Source: Syncephalis fuscata S228
Taxonomy: Eukaryota; Fungi; Zoopagomycota
Direction: 5' to 3'
DNA length: 64,000 bases
Assembly: GCA_025786725.1 (NCBI GenBank)
Contig: JAHLTZ010000065.1
Span: 2,624-66,623, forward strand
This document shows, in pieces, positions 24,197-38,290 of the stretch. Below the pieces are notes generated by a model. It saw nothing but the letters and a program-made list of their open reading frames with translations, had not been told where the DNA came from and did no database searches. How positions within the stretch are numbered: position 1 is the stretch's first letter; every line of letters begins with the position of its first letter. The translations under genes and the position numbers were made by a program.

Positions 24197-25483
24197 AGAG
24201 AATAAGTATGTGTGTGTGTTTAAACAAAAAAGTTAATGGCGTTTCAATAAAGTGGTTGAGTATAGAGAAGTAAATAAATATTGGTATTTTGACATTAATA
24301 ATGGCAATACTTATTGATCATTTACACTATGTCATCATGAACTAAAATGATCACACTATATCCAAGTAATATGGTGCTTTTTTTAACAATAGTCAACCAA
24401 GTTTGTGTACACATATACATTTAATTATATTGCTTATTATTGTACTATAAACGGTCATTTTAGTATAAAAGATTACAATATACGAATAATATTTATTGAT
24501 AAACGTATAGTAATTACTAATATTGTTTTGAGTTGTGTTTATTAATTTGGAAATCATTTTTATGTTTATCAGTATTTTCTTTGGCTTGTAACTACTAAAT
24601 AGTTTAGACAATTAATATAAATAGCGACTAAAGACCTGCAAGTACTAATTTAATGCTATTTAAAAGGGTGTTTCTATCCATAACATGCTTCAGTAGAATG
24701 TACTTTTGGCTATGCTAATCCACGGGTGGGTTATTACGTTTTAGATTAAGCATCACAATGAAACCACTACCTTATGTAGCAATAGTTCATTGTAAACATG
24801 ATAGGCGTGCATGTTTCACTTGCTAAATTGAGCAAGCTTATTTTTTTAAATTGGCATTTATTCAATATAGAAATACAGACAACTACTATCTCGTTTGTAG
24901 TGCAGAACCAATATTCCATATAGCTCCGATAAAACCATGTTGATTCAAAACTCATGACAATTACAAAAGAAAACGCCAAATTAGTATAGACATGACCGGT
25001 AAAACATTTAACCAAACCGGAAGTTAAACTCAACTGCCTTATTAGATTGATTTTAATACTAATACAAATAAGTAATGCTATGATCAATACAACGATTTCT
25101 ATATTTTATGCTTAACATGATGCATGTGCTTTTATAAATGCTGATATTAATCACAGTCTCAGCTATTGATAACTACGTGTAAGCTGTTCTTTTAATTAGC
25201 AGCGCAGCATGGCATTTGCACATGCTGTTATACTCCGTTATTTACTCCGATTAGCTTTTTTGTTTGTAGCACACTTTTTTGAATTCAGACATCCTGTTCT
25301 GTGTTTCCATGCAGTGCCAAAATACATTATGGGCTATTGTGATGGGTAGTGGATTCAAGTATTGAGCAACACTAACGCTTTAATGATCAAAAGTTTAATT
25401 CTTTATTACATCCAAAACGCATAACACTGGAATGGCGCCTCGGTGAATGAAATAACATGGGTCTTTTCCTATTAACAAATATA

Positions 25484-25864
25484 TTAGTTATACAATACAG
25501 TGCAATCAAACTGTTTACTAACCGTGTATATTTTGTGATAGAAATCGGTGGCTGCTTTCATATCAGCAATGCAGCGATAGCCTACTTTTTTGCCATTCAT
25601 GGTGCCAACATTGACACAACCATCACCAGCAATTGCCCAATTATCAAGTACAGTGGTTTTCCACGAATCGTTTAAAGTTAAACCCTTTGGGTGTTTCTTG
25701 GTTAATGTAGCAACACATTGTCCTCCTGTATTTCTTCTATATAGGTGTGGTAGAGTGCCAACAGATGATTCCTTGGAGCTGATCACGGCCGAGTCGGCTC
25801 CATTGTTCCCAGCAATGGCCAGAGCAGCGGTGAAAGCAAGGCAGGCAGTGGTGAAAGTACGCAT
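25484..25864 (-). CDS. Small secreted protein (126 aa): signal peptide, putative Kex2 site (LYRR), four Cys in mature part
   Basis: Hydrophobic N-terminus MRTFTTACLAFTAALAIAG; intronless ORF with elevated GC; upstream TATA box. Confidence 0.75.
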   Translation of the reverse strand: MRTFTTACLAFTAALAIAGNNGADSAVISSKESSVGTLPHLYRRNTGGQCVATLTKKHPKGLTLNDSWKTTVLDNWAIAGDGCVNVGTMNGKKVGYRCIADMKAATDFYHKIYTVSKQFDCTVLYN

Positions 25865-25981
25865 GGTGACCGTCTAGTGGAAGTGCGTTCAGTGTAGTCG
25901 TTAAGCTTGAAAAGAACAAGTTTATAATTGAGAATTGAAGTGAGGATGCAGATATTGGGCCAAACGACACTTCAATGCCTC

Positions 25982-25989
25982 TTTATATA
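25982..25989 (-). promoter_or_regulatory. Putative TATA box of the small secreted protein gene
   Basis: Minus-strand TATATAAA ~120 bp upstream of the ATG at 25864. Confidence 0.45.
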
Positions 25990-27679
25990 CTATTATTGCT
26001 CGAATGGGTTGGTGCTGTAAAATGATGCTGCTTTGTTTTTCCAGTCAATTTAGAAGCGGAGCTAGTAATGTACTGCACGTGGTAGATAGATCGCTGAAAA
26101 TGCTCAGATTGATAGCGAGTGTTTTGAAATAGCCAGCATATTGTAAATCATTTAATCTTATCACAGTTCTGGTATTGCTTTCAAACCGGTCAAGGTGAGA
26201 CGTAGTCATATACCACGTGTTTATTTAACAAATGCAAAATAAAAAATGCCACAAACGAATGATAAGAAATCACGATAGCCAATTGTGTATTTTTTAGTAT
26301 TACTTGGCTTATTTGCTCTGATAATTGGTGATACAACAACGCATTGCTATAGAAAGAGACATCACATATAATGTGTGGTTGAAAGCATAGACTATTTACC
26401 AACTTGAGCTTGAAACATTTGAAATTGGCTACTGGAGGGTAAATAGTAATACAAAAGTTGATTTACCATCTCCTTGATGCCATTGTAATGGCAAAATAAG
26501 AGTGGCAATGGCGAAACGACACGTTGCGAAAGTTGTGGTCCCAAATTATTCACGTTAACTTGAAATAATACCGATATATCGGCGTACATGTGCTTGATAG
26601 CAAACGTTTTGCTGCTTTGGTAGGAGGGTAAAGCGCTTTCTGTTTTAAAACCACGACTGTAAACGGGATAGCGAAGGTGAACACTGAGTTTGCAGTCTTA
26701 TTTCGGTGGTCATGGCCATTTAGTTGGATGATTTTTGGTTATTGTTTCAAATGGCAAAATGCATCAATACTTTTACCGGATTGGAAATGCTGAAAAGGAA
26801 ACCTGTGCATGTAAATAACGCAACGGCCAATTGTTGTTTAGCCTCATAAACGAGGTCTGAAGGGGAGGGGGAATAATTACTGAAACCAAGTCATCTAGAA
26901 TCACACAAACCTTTAGTAATAACTTGTATTGAAAACCCAAAATGCTGAAACACAAACACAATATGCCGAATAACAGATGCAAAACTTTTACACTGGTAAA
27001 CCAAATTGCGTTTTATTACTATTAACTAATACGTTTTAAACCACATTTCTTATCTATTGCGTGCTCTGTTCACACTTTTACGTTAATCATATGCATAAAC
27101 ACAACGTGATTGTTTATTGGCTCCACTATGCTCATATGACCATAATAAATATCATCCTTGTGCCAATATGTATATTTCACGTGCTCATCTTTGTTGCTGC
27201 ATGCAACTTCAATATGCTGATAGTACATTATACTGAAAACGTATAGATATTTAATTAATAAATTAATACAATCTATTAGTCATTATAGTAATGAAAAATA
27301 TATAACATTCGATCAAATGTGATGTTAAAGTAATATATGAATATAATCAGTTGTGGTTTTTTAATTTCATTTAGCTGATACACATGGGGGCACAAAACCA
27401 GTTACTGCCTGACTTACTCGTAGGTTAGTGGCAGATACCACATGAATAACAGGCTTTGGGAGTCGTCTTGTGACAATACTACAACTGAGTAAGGCCTTAT
27501 CATGAGCGGTTGAGCTATACCTCAGTTATAAGGTAGCCAAAAGTTGATGCATCACACAGTATTCTTTTGCACGCCTCGCCTTTAATCGATCACATATATC
27601 GTTTTATTTGGCATACAATTATTTGCCGTATATTATGACCCAGCATCAGCATATCCATTATAGCATAAATCTTTATAGT

Positions 27680-29646
27680 ATGAATCTCGTTATTCGATTG
27701 TGGTTTGGTCTATGGTTTGTTAGCGCCGTTTGTGCTTCAGTTACATTCGAAGTAAACAATCAAACATTTACTTATCCAACTTATGATCCGTATGGTGTTC
27801 AATTGGACCCATACACCGCTACTGGCATTCTGGTGATGCCATCATTTCAACCAAATACTCAGTGTACTTTGCAACTGAATGAAACGCAGCTGGCTGCTAT
27901 CAAACCAAATAGTTCATCCACACCGCCATCGTCTACGATCATAGTCATCGATGATAAAGAGGCATATGCTCATAACTGTTTAACTGTGGCCAATGTAAGT
28001 CAAAAATAGCTGTTTAAAGCATCTTGCTTATATCATAAAGACATGTCGAGTGGCTGCTCAGTATGGTCGACAGCTGGAAAAACTTGGATGGCCGTCTGTT
28101 AGTACAGCATTATACTTGCTTAGTAGAATTAAAAAAGGCGATGCCGGTGGACCTTACTCGGTGGAATACTCAAGTCAGTCATCAAGCATTCCAGACGGTA
28201 GACCTGAACTGGCCATGGCCATGGTACCATACAAATACTATGATGAAGTCAGCAGTTTGCTAAAACGAGTAAACGGCCCACTCTACGCAACAATAAAAGA
28301 AGGTAATAGTATAAATGTGTTGATTGTATTAATTCTGACACTAAATAAACAGAGACTGGCCCATGGAATGAAATGCTATTTTCAAATGGATATCAAGCGT
28401 TTTTATGGATTGTTTTTACTATCCATACAATATTTATTTTGTGGTCATTGGCCACCATTACTTTGCTGCGGCTTACAAATAATCTATGGGCTGAATGGCG
28501 TACGTATGTGTTTATAACCGGCATCATAGCATTAACATGTAAGTACACCATAAACGTATGCAATAACAAAGCTAACATCAGGTGTACAGTATTTACAATA
28601 ACAATACCGATGGATAGTACAACATTTGCGTACAAGCAAATCCGTGGTGTTAGCGCGCTTTTGTTTAATACAGCATTTTACTTATTGTCGCTTATATGGT
28701 AAGTTTTAGAATGCACTATAATGCACAGTATATTCACTGTAGCTTTATACACATTTAGGTGCTCAATATATGTTGCTGTTACAATAAACCGCAGCGTTCT
28801 CGTCATTCGAATCATTGTTTATATTTCGCTTATTATACAGACACCATTACAAATTATAAAATCGCTGTCCTATTTCTTACCACTTCATTTTACGGCAAAC
28901 TTCTGGCCTATATCCAATTATATTGGCATGTCATTGCGAATTATAGCATCATTGCTGTTTTTCTATTATGGTAAGTCATACTAATTTAATAAGCACAAAT
29001 TGTCTAACAATAGTCAAGGTTTTCATTTTATTGGAGAATAAACGAATATTCCGACAATGCGACTACACGCAAAGCATTTACTCAAGTAAGTATGCATATA
29101 TAAATGAACGAATTAGCGATTAACAATATAAATTGCTTATAGTTGAGTCGTACGGCATTTGCATGCTCGTTTGGATTTCTGGTCAATGCAAGCACCAATA
29201 CAATGCCTCTTTTTTACGATGCCAGATATACAATTCCAGGAGTTGTAGCCTATGTAGTTATTGGCGTTATCAATAATATGGTTGGAGCAATTGTATTGCA
29301 ATCAGAACTTGGCTTACGCATGCCATTAAAGATTACAAACGCCAATCAATGCAGTCACTTTTTAGATGTATTTGCGCTGTATCGTTTATGGAGGGAATCC
29401 GGTAAAGAAAACGTAGACGGTATGAGCACTCAATCGCTTAAGCATGCAAATGATAACATGGGTTCAGCGTCATTAAGCTCAACTTATCCAGCACAAATGT
29501 CCAACTCATCTAAAACTGCTGTTCAAAACAAAGAAGAAGATAGGTTTGCAGTTGCTAGTAGTTTTCTTCAAAGCGGTGGCTATGGAAATATACATCCACA
29601 TTTATTATCAAGTGAAATGGAAACGATAATTGATGAAGAAGAATGA
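27680..29646 (+). CDS. Lineage-specific multi-pass membrane protein with signal peptide and extracellular N-domain, paralog 1
   Basis: Signal-like MNLVIRLWFGLWFVSAVCA; motifs YPTYDPYG, GDAGGPY, GPWNE..FS.GYQ and LGLRMP shared with paralogs; several hydrophobic helices over GT-AG exons. Confidence 0.75.
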
Positions 29647-29978
29647 TTTGAATTATGATTAAATTAATTACTTTATTTAATTAATGTAATAAACAATTTA
29701 ATAAAAATATAATGTTTAATATTAGTATTACGATTCAATATTATTCTTTAGCTTCTTTTTTACACATCATAATAGCTATAACATATAAAGTAAAAGCATA
29801 TTAATTACATAACTAAATAGTTTTTTGTCCTTTGAATTCAATAAATTTTATTACTATATTTGATTTGATATAATAACACTGTACAAATTTAGTTTCATAA
29901 TTAACAGCCAAGGCGGCAGTCCTATATCTCACTTCTTTACTATCCACCCTTTTGCTTATCAGCAGTTTATTTAGTACA

Positions 29979-32700
29979 ATGACACTGTGTGCCAACAAAG
30001 ACTTTATTGTGCATCAACTTCGTATCAATTATCTGCGACATGTAGAAGATAGAACTGCTGATCGCGTGTTCAGCTTTGTCCCAGAGGAGGAATTACTGCG
30101 GAATCCGTTTATTCGGGCCTGCGACGATCCATTTGCTGAGATGGCAGTCTGTTACTCGCCCGACTTGGCCAGTGTGCTCCAGCAGCGCATGAGCACGGAT
30201 TTTATGGGTCCTAATGGCCGAAGACGCTCGTCAGTACGTCGTAATCTAAGAAGCGGCTCTGTTAATCGCAATAGCACTAGCGGACAGCGTATCAGAAATC
30301 CAACACTGGCACGACGCAATGACCGGTCCCAAACAAAAGAGCAGGAAATTGACCAGGACGAAATGGATATTGAAAAGCCCGTCAATCGGTTAGTACTAAG
30401 CAGTTGATGGATAAATTCCAAACTAAACTTAATGCTACTGTGGAATACTACTACAGCAAACCTTTATTTACGAAACGGCGAATACAACATGGTTCTATTA
30501 CAACAGACGGTCAAGCTACAGATACGTCATCGCTTTCAATGGATGCAAGTGGTGGACAAGATAGGCGTAACAATGACCCTCGAATCATAAGCCGAACAAG
30601 ACCGCCTACACTTCGTCAACCAGGCTTACCGGCAGTGCCCGAAACACAGGCGCTAACTACAAATAGAGCTGATCCAGTTGTCAATTACGACATTCTTATG
30701 GATAGCAATACTGTGTCTAACACAATAAATAGCGAGCAGACTGATCTGGCCCAATCGCCATGGTCACTATCTGCTAGCAGTACACCAACAGCACAAGTTA
30801 GCAATGTTAAATCAGCGCTTACTGCCATGATCAATTTACGGCGCAGTGTTGTCAACAATCCATTGGCCGCCGAATATGCATCAGTGGTACGTATATTAAA
30901 TATAATAATATTTAGTTTATTAATTAATGTGCATATATATACTAGGGTGGTACCGGTATTGATGTTATACCACTTAAGATCTGGTTGCCGCACTCTGACG
31001 AACCAAATAAGCCAATGTCGATTTGTGTCAAGAAAGATGCCAGTGTCGAGGATGTTGTTGGTTATGTGCTCTATCAGTACGTTGATCAAAAACGCCAGCC
31101 AAGTCTTGAAGGAAAATTAAGCATTATTTTTTGGAATATGCGTATTGTTGAAGATGATGGTGAAATTGATGAGGATCTTCCCGGTATGTAACTATAACCA
31201 ATTGCATAATATAATATAATACATTATTTTAATTAATGTTCATTTAGCATTGGAACGAGGACGTCAAATTCAAAAGTTCGATTTTGGCGAATTTGCATTG
31301 TGTCAAGCGACAGCAGAACAAGGTAAATAATAATATATGATGTAGCACAAAGCATCTACTTACTAATATATTGGCGATAGTCAAGACAAATGAGCAAGCA
31401 CTGCGTCTACATAAGCCAAGCAAGGCTGAACTCATTGTACCGATGATTAATACAAACGCTGTGCCATCATTCAATACTTATGGACAAGCAGGATCGAGTA
31501 CGGGTACAGGTGCCAAGGCCGATACACTCAATGCACGTTGGGTAGCCATACAGGTGCTGGTAATAAAAATACACTGACTGTGGATACCACAAACACCGCA
31601 GCAGGACACGCATTACAAACCAAAGCATCCAATGTCAGTCTAAGACCACCGGGGACACCATCAGATGCAGGACCACAGCGTGATCTTATGATCCATTTGC
31701 ATAACACGTTGATTGGTTATCATACTACTTCGATATCTGTTCAATTGAATGTGCCATTTGCCGATGTTTTGGTCGATATTTGTCGGCGATGGAAACTTGA
31801 ACCGCGTGAATATGCGCTTAAATTTCTTGATACAAAGACAGATGTACCCAGCGAAACAACACTTGAACAGCTACCGGATCTAACCGAACTGGCCTTAATG
31901 AAGAAAGGCAGTCGAGCCAGTGGTAAGTAATCTTACACTTTGCAGTTTATATTTTATTAAATGGCTAATTAATATGTGTATTGACTAGGTGAATTTGCCT
32001 TTTCTACACCAAGTGATCACCATCGCATATCTCGAGCCAAGCCAAAGATTAATATAACAAATGGACTACCATTTATGTATCAGGTATGGCTGGCCGTCAA
32101 ATTGATTTATGCACTAGTTATAACACGAATGATTGAATAGCGATTTACGGTAACACGCCGTATGCCGATGTTAGTTGGCCGTCACGAACGAATCCTGGCA
32201 ATTGATGGTGAATATATTCACATTATGCCACCGGAGAATCGTAATATGTTTGATAAAATGAAAACTACCGTAAGCTACTAAGGCAGAGCAAGACAAATGG
32301 TAAACTAATTAGTATATCCATAGTCATCATATCATATTAGCTCTGTACTTTCGTGCAAACAGCACGGCAAAATATCGACCAAGTTCAAGCTAGTTGTTTA
32401 TCGAGATCGAGATGTCAAAACATACGATTTCGATGGTGCCACCGAGGAAGATGCTGGTAAGTGGAATAATCGATAATATACAATAAATTGTGAATACCAA
32501 TAATTAATATAATTAATATAGTGGAGATTTGTGCACGCATTAATTTCTTAATGCGACTTCATCGTGGTGAATCGCCATCAGCTGCGGCTATTAATCCGGC
32601 TGTGGGCGGTAAAGGTGCACCGGCCAATGTTGTTCATGCCAATTCTGGCTTTATGCTGGTACAGCGAGAAGATGCTTCGTATGACTTTCAATGGTTTTAA
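29979..32700 (+). CDS. SIN1: TORC2 subunit SIN1/AVO1, multi-exon
   Basis: N-terminal FIVHQLRINYL; KSALTAMI..NPLAAEY; CRIM domain SVEDVVGYVLYQY...MRIVEDDGEIDEDLPALER; Ras-binding-like segment; PH domain YQRFTVTRRMPMLVGRHERILAIDGEYIHIMP...VKTYDF. Confidence 0.88.
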
Positions 32701-32891
32701 TTGCTTCGTCTATGTGCGCAATGCTTTGATTATTGCTGTTTTGATTATAAATTGTATTTTTTTACGATAAACAGGTTTACAATGACATCTATCTATTGAT
32801 GACAAACTGCATTAACTAATTATATAGAAAGACGTAGCGTTTATTTATTTAACGTAAACTATCATATAATCAATAAACGCTATTGTAGTAG

Positions 32892-34225
32892 TTAAGCGCG
32901 TGCTTTCTGTGATTGAGTACGAAGCTTATTGAGATATGCTCGTGGTGTTGGTCGGTCCGCGGCATCAGCACGAAGTTCCATCATCATTGGAGTCATAAAA
33001 CGCAGTGGCATTTCACTGGTATATTTCCTCCATAAATCAGAAATGCCAGCCTTGATTCGAGGACGGTAATCGCATTTATCAGAATCTGGATCTGGTTTAG
33101 TAAAACGTCTTTCGGGCAAGTTGGATCCAATAACATCAAATAAGGCTTCGCTAATAAGCCATGTATCATACTTGAGCTGATTCACTGGCTCATTATTTCT
33201 ACCTTCTAGCGGAGGATACATCGGTTGATAGCAAATATGGGCTAGTTTGACTTCTTCCTTTTCCATGTTAGTATAAACGATAGGCGCTGAGCTGCGATAG
33301 TTTCTAATTTTAATCGCTGGCTGTTTAGTCATACCACCTTCAACGCAAATATCTAGCATAATTGTTATTAGTAATTTTAGAAAAAGAGAAGTGATTATTG
33401 TTATTATGACTACTTACTGTTGGCCGAGAGACCGCCATGGAATAGTTTGACGCGATGTAGATAAGCCATACCGCTAAAGATTTGAGGGATGACAGCTTTT
33501 AAAAAGAATCGTTTTTGAACGGCAAACATCTTCTCGGTGTATTCGCGCATGTTATATTTACACTTTCTAGGCAAAACATAGCACTGATGCGCTTCATACT
33601 CGAATATATGTGAAGCAGTTTCGACAAATTCCCGACCGGCAGACTGTTCGGATATAAGAGTGGTTTTGGCCGCATCAAGTGCCTAAATAAATCCATGTTT
33701 ATGTTAAATGGTTGTTTGATTATGCTTTTCTTGTAAACACCTACCATAAAAGCGCTATATTCTTTTTGATTACGCTTGTCCAATGGAGTACATTCGACCC
33801 GAGCTGGTACCTTATTGTATGTTGCAAGAGCATGGCGTACACCTTTCTCAACACCTTCATCCTTAAGAATAACGAGACCGGCTTGGTTCATAGCGTTGGG
33901 CTTGCCATACGGCGTAGGATATAATGGGCGAGGTGTTCCTTCACTAAAATAAAGTGCTTAGATAATAGTTACGCTGTGTTACATTGTTTGCTTACTTGAT
34001 ATCCGTTACTAGGCTCTCTTGACTGGGCCGCACTATGATGTGTGTATACATATGAATTAGTAAATTGTATTGATAACTATTAAAAGGTGCTAGCTAGCTA
34101 GCCAGTTAATTACATCTAAGAATTGAGGTGGGTCTCATTTCGGTGGCTGCTACCAAGACAATGCCAAAGAGAGCAACCAAAATACCAACCATGGTAGCAT
34201 GACTGAATCGATTTCCGCGTATCAT
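32892..34225 (-). CDS. Secreted protein-kinase-fold protein, probable pseudokinase
   Basis: Signal-like MVGILVALFGIVLVAAT; PQIFSGMAYLHRVKLFHGGLSAN/NI (catalytic loop lacks Asp); IKIRNYR in place of DFG; YPPLE; KYDTW. One apparent frame break near 33500. Confidence 0.65.
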
Positions 34226-34925
34226 AATGACGACGTTAAAGAAATGAAAAGCTGTGTATCAAGGGTAGAAGATAGTGATAGGCATATTGTATATCTATTA
34301 CAAATATGCATCTAATATTGGCTGCCATTAAATAGTTGGTCGTGCCATCAAAAAAGAACCAGTAACGTGTTGGTAAATCTAAAAAGTTGATATTAGCCAT
34401 GCTTCAATTGCCTATTACAATACTTTTGTGATTTCCATTTATAAATCCTTTGAGCTTATTTATTACATAGTTACAAAAATGCCCTCAGTGTAATGTTTGA
34501 TAGCATGGACAGGTTCTAGTGGCATATTTATTTTACTGTTATCCCAAATTAAACAAGACAATCAATAGATATTATATTGAATTAAAACATGTATAATATA
34601 GCCGCATTTCTTTAAACAGTCATTAAAAATCAATGAATCAGTTGTATTTTTGCTAGTAATAAATTACTAAATATTGGCTCTTATTACCATAACAAATGCT
34701 ATCAATCATTGAACGCGCTCTCACGCTTAAATTAATAAAGTATTTTTTTTACTAAATATAAGCAGCAATGGTTTATAGAATAGATAACTGGAAAACGCGA
34801 AAACGTGTATTGCCAATACAAAATATCAATAGCGGCAGCATGCCAGCAATAGTAAAACAAGCACTATTCAGGACATCAAATAAACTATTTGAAACACAGA
34901 CGACACTTGCTCTGCTACTATCACT

Positions 34926-36267
34926 ATGTCTGCCAACGCGCCCCTGCCCCTACCTAGACAGAAGCGACACACCCTTCAAGGACATCGTGGCCCGGTCAAT
35001 GTAGCACGTTATACAGTTGACGGCGCGTACTGTTTAACGGGTGGACAAGATAAAGACGTTCGTTTATGGAATCCAGCTACTGGTAAATCCATTCAAAAGT
35101 ACAGTGCACACGGCTGGGAGGTCTTTGACGTTTGCAGGTAAGTCGCTATTTGTGTCCACTGAATAGAAATCGTATTTCTATGCAATGCATTAACCAGTAT
35201 ACTGCTTTGTTTGCTACGTTAGTTCATTCGACAACAGTCGGTTTGCGTCATGCGGTGGCGACCGTACAGTATTTCTATGGGATGTTGCCACAGGCCAGGT
35301 AACGCGTCGATGCTCGGGTCATTTACAGGTAGGTATTTTTGGCACTACTATATTAGTTATTTGTTTTGAACTAACTCATGTTTATTAATAGCGTGTTAAT
35401 TGTGTGGGATTCAACGCAGATGCAAGTGTTTTATTTAGTGGTAAGTAATATATAGCTGCTTTGTATATTAAATATAGCTAAGTGTTTGAATTTATGGCAG
35501 GCTCATACGATGCTACAGTACGTGCTTGGGATCTTCGGTAAGCAGCATAAGTATCTATCCTACTATAGCATGGCTAATTGTTGAATGGTGCAACAGTGCT
35601 GCCTCTCGTATACCAATTCAAGTACTGAAAGATGCCAAGGATAGCGTTGCTTCTTTGGTTGTCTCGAGCCATGAGATACTGACTGGTTCAATTGATGGTA
35701 AAGTTAGATCATACGATCTACGTATGGGCCAGCTAAGCACGGACGAAATTGGTCGTAAGCTACTTGCAGATCTTGAATAGCATTTATTGATATAACACTA
35801 TCCACTAGATCCCGTAACTTCTGTTAATTTCACCAGTGATGGCAACTGCATACTAGTGAGCACCTTGGATGCTCGAATACGTCTACTGATAAAGAAAACG
35901 GCAGTCTTTTAAACGAGTAAGCTTTAGATTGTATAATATGCTAGAAGACCAATGCTAAGTAACTGTGTAGCTTTACAGGCCATCAACATAAAGAATATCG
36001 ACTAAGGAGCTGTCTTACTCCTATGGACACCCATGTTGTAAGTGGGTCAGAGGATGGCTCTATTGTATACTGGGATTTACTCGAGGTAGGATATCATTCA
36101 CATGACAAATCTTTTAGTTGAATAGTGATATTTATTTGCATAAATAGGGCAACGAAGTGAGAAGACTGCAAGGACACCAGCGCGTTGTCTCGTTTGTAGA
36201 TGCTCATCCAAAGGAAGTGGGCCTTGTTTCTGCATCTTTTGATGGTGATGTCATTGTTTGGGAATAA
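34926..36267 (+). CDS. WDR83: WD40-repeat protein WDR83/MORG1 homolog, multi-exon
   Basis: LQGHRGPVNVARYTVDGAYCLTGGQDKDVRLWNP..YSAHGWEVFD..DNSRFASCGGDRTVFLWDV..GSYDATVRAWD..PIQVLKDAKDSV..EILTGSIDGKVRSYDLRMGQL. Confidence 0.88.
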
Positions 36268-36486
36268 ATATAATTGTACACTAAATATGATCTGTACGCA
36301 TCTGTGGTGTCAATGATTTGATAATATGTAAATATGAAAATAACATTAAAAATTAGCAATGTATGAATTGCAGTTTATATATTGTAATAAATGTGCTTAG
36401 TAAACAATTTATTTAAATAGTTATGCGATATTAATAAAACAAAAGCAATGAACATTTATATGCAGTTCAAACATACAATTGCTATT

Positions 36487-38290
36487 TTAAAGTCTTAGCA
36501 TGTCTTTTTTAGAGCCTTGACATTTTTTTTCAAAGTTTTTTTGTATGATAGACCATGTTTGTATTCCCAGAGCACGGAAACTAAATTTGTCTGCTTCACT
36601 TTCACTTGGCATTCTTATATCGAGCATGTAGAGCAAAGCGATGGAGCGCATAGTAGGGCCGATAACTTTGAAAATAATGCGGATGATTGCAATGGACATA
36701 TGCCCATTCCATGAATCATCCAACATAAAAGTATTTGATGCACAGGAAGAAAGAAATCCTACAAAGCATGCCAAAGAAATCCGGCTTAACTAAACAATAG
36801 TAGATAGTCAGCAAAATGCCATAGAAGGTAGCAATATTGCTTACACGAAACAATGCCTTTTCGGATGCTGGATTTGAATTATAGCTACGCTTCTTAATAT
36901 AAAACATTATACCTAATAATAAAATAACAGTTTATAAGACTATTGAATAACGACAATTACCAACTTACTGAAATAAAGGAAAATAACTGATCCTGTGATT
37001 TCTAGGCTTACGATGGTGTATCGACACACAATTCGTAACTTTTGAAAAAGGTCGCTTGGCTTTACAAAGTGGTTTATAAATTTAACGAAATAAGCAAAGG
37101 TTTGTAGGAATAGACACAAACAGATCACCATACGAAGATAGTTGATACGGCTGGTCAGCTGGACAGCCTCTTGGATCGTACACCTATTGTCAATGAGTTG
37201 GTATTGCTGTCGAATTATATTGTCTCTTCACTATACCAGATCAAAAGTACAAGGTAGAATGCAATTGTAAACAAAATAGATCCTACTTCATAGAATGAAT
37301 GGCTAACAATAGTTGTGGTGTTCATTGGTAAAAACGTGGAAATGCCTAGTATTTATATTAATAAGACAAATAAATATTTATGCTGTGCTTACATATAGCT
37401 GATAGTATTCCAATAACAAATATACATGTGCGAATTTCAGACCGAAATCTCCTGGTGGCCATCAAATGTATAATGCTACCTATAGACCGAAATATAAAAA
37501 ATACATTAATGACAAAGAGCGTCCAGATAAATGTTTGATATCCGACGGAGAAAATAATATCATTCCATGGCCCTCCTTCTAGATATATTTCAGTTTTGTT
37601 AATTGATTTATTTTATTAAGCGTGTATAGTATCATCTCACCTTGTTGTACTTCCACCATCAATGGTGCCGTTAATTGAGATAAGACCGGCTGTATGGTTT
37701 TAAAACAGTCCTGGGGTAGCAGTGCAGTGGGAAGGGTATATTTATTGTCAGGAATGTTTGGGCTATGTGACGTATAATCCGTAGTATGTGGTCCGCCAGA
37801 TGTTCCTTCAACATTTTCGGTAAGTCCGTAGACAACAACACTGTTTGATGGCCTATCACTATTTAGCAGCCACTTGCTGTAATCGACAGCCGCTTCACAT
37901 GCCTATAGTACAAAGTTAGCACAAATGTTCTTGGTGGTGCCTTTATATTGATACTTGCCTGTGACACGGTTTGGCAGCCACCACTTTGAGCAGACGACTC
38001 AGTAATTAATACGATCAAAGACGTATGGTTTGCCAAATGACCTTTCAACAAGTCTTTCCAAAATGGTGGCTTTGTTTGATTCAGTGTGCATGGTTTATCT
38101 TGTTTATAAGTGGGTGCTACTAAAACACCAGTAATATAGAATGGGTCAATATGTACAGAAAATGGATCATAGGTTGGGCACGAGTATGATGTCGTATTGT
38201 CGGTGTTAAATTTAAATAATGCATCAGTGGACTGCACAACAACAGCCAGTAGCGAAAAAGTAAACAGTGTAACTGTATGACCAGCATAGT
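36487..38290 (-). CDS. Multi-pass membrane protein paralog 2 (possibly pseudogene: no clean in-frame ATG, frame breaks)
   Basis: CPTYDPFS, GPWNDIIFSVGYQTFIW and LDIRMP motifs shared with 27680-29646 and 39198-41071. Confidence 0.6.
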
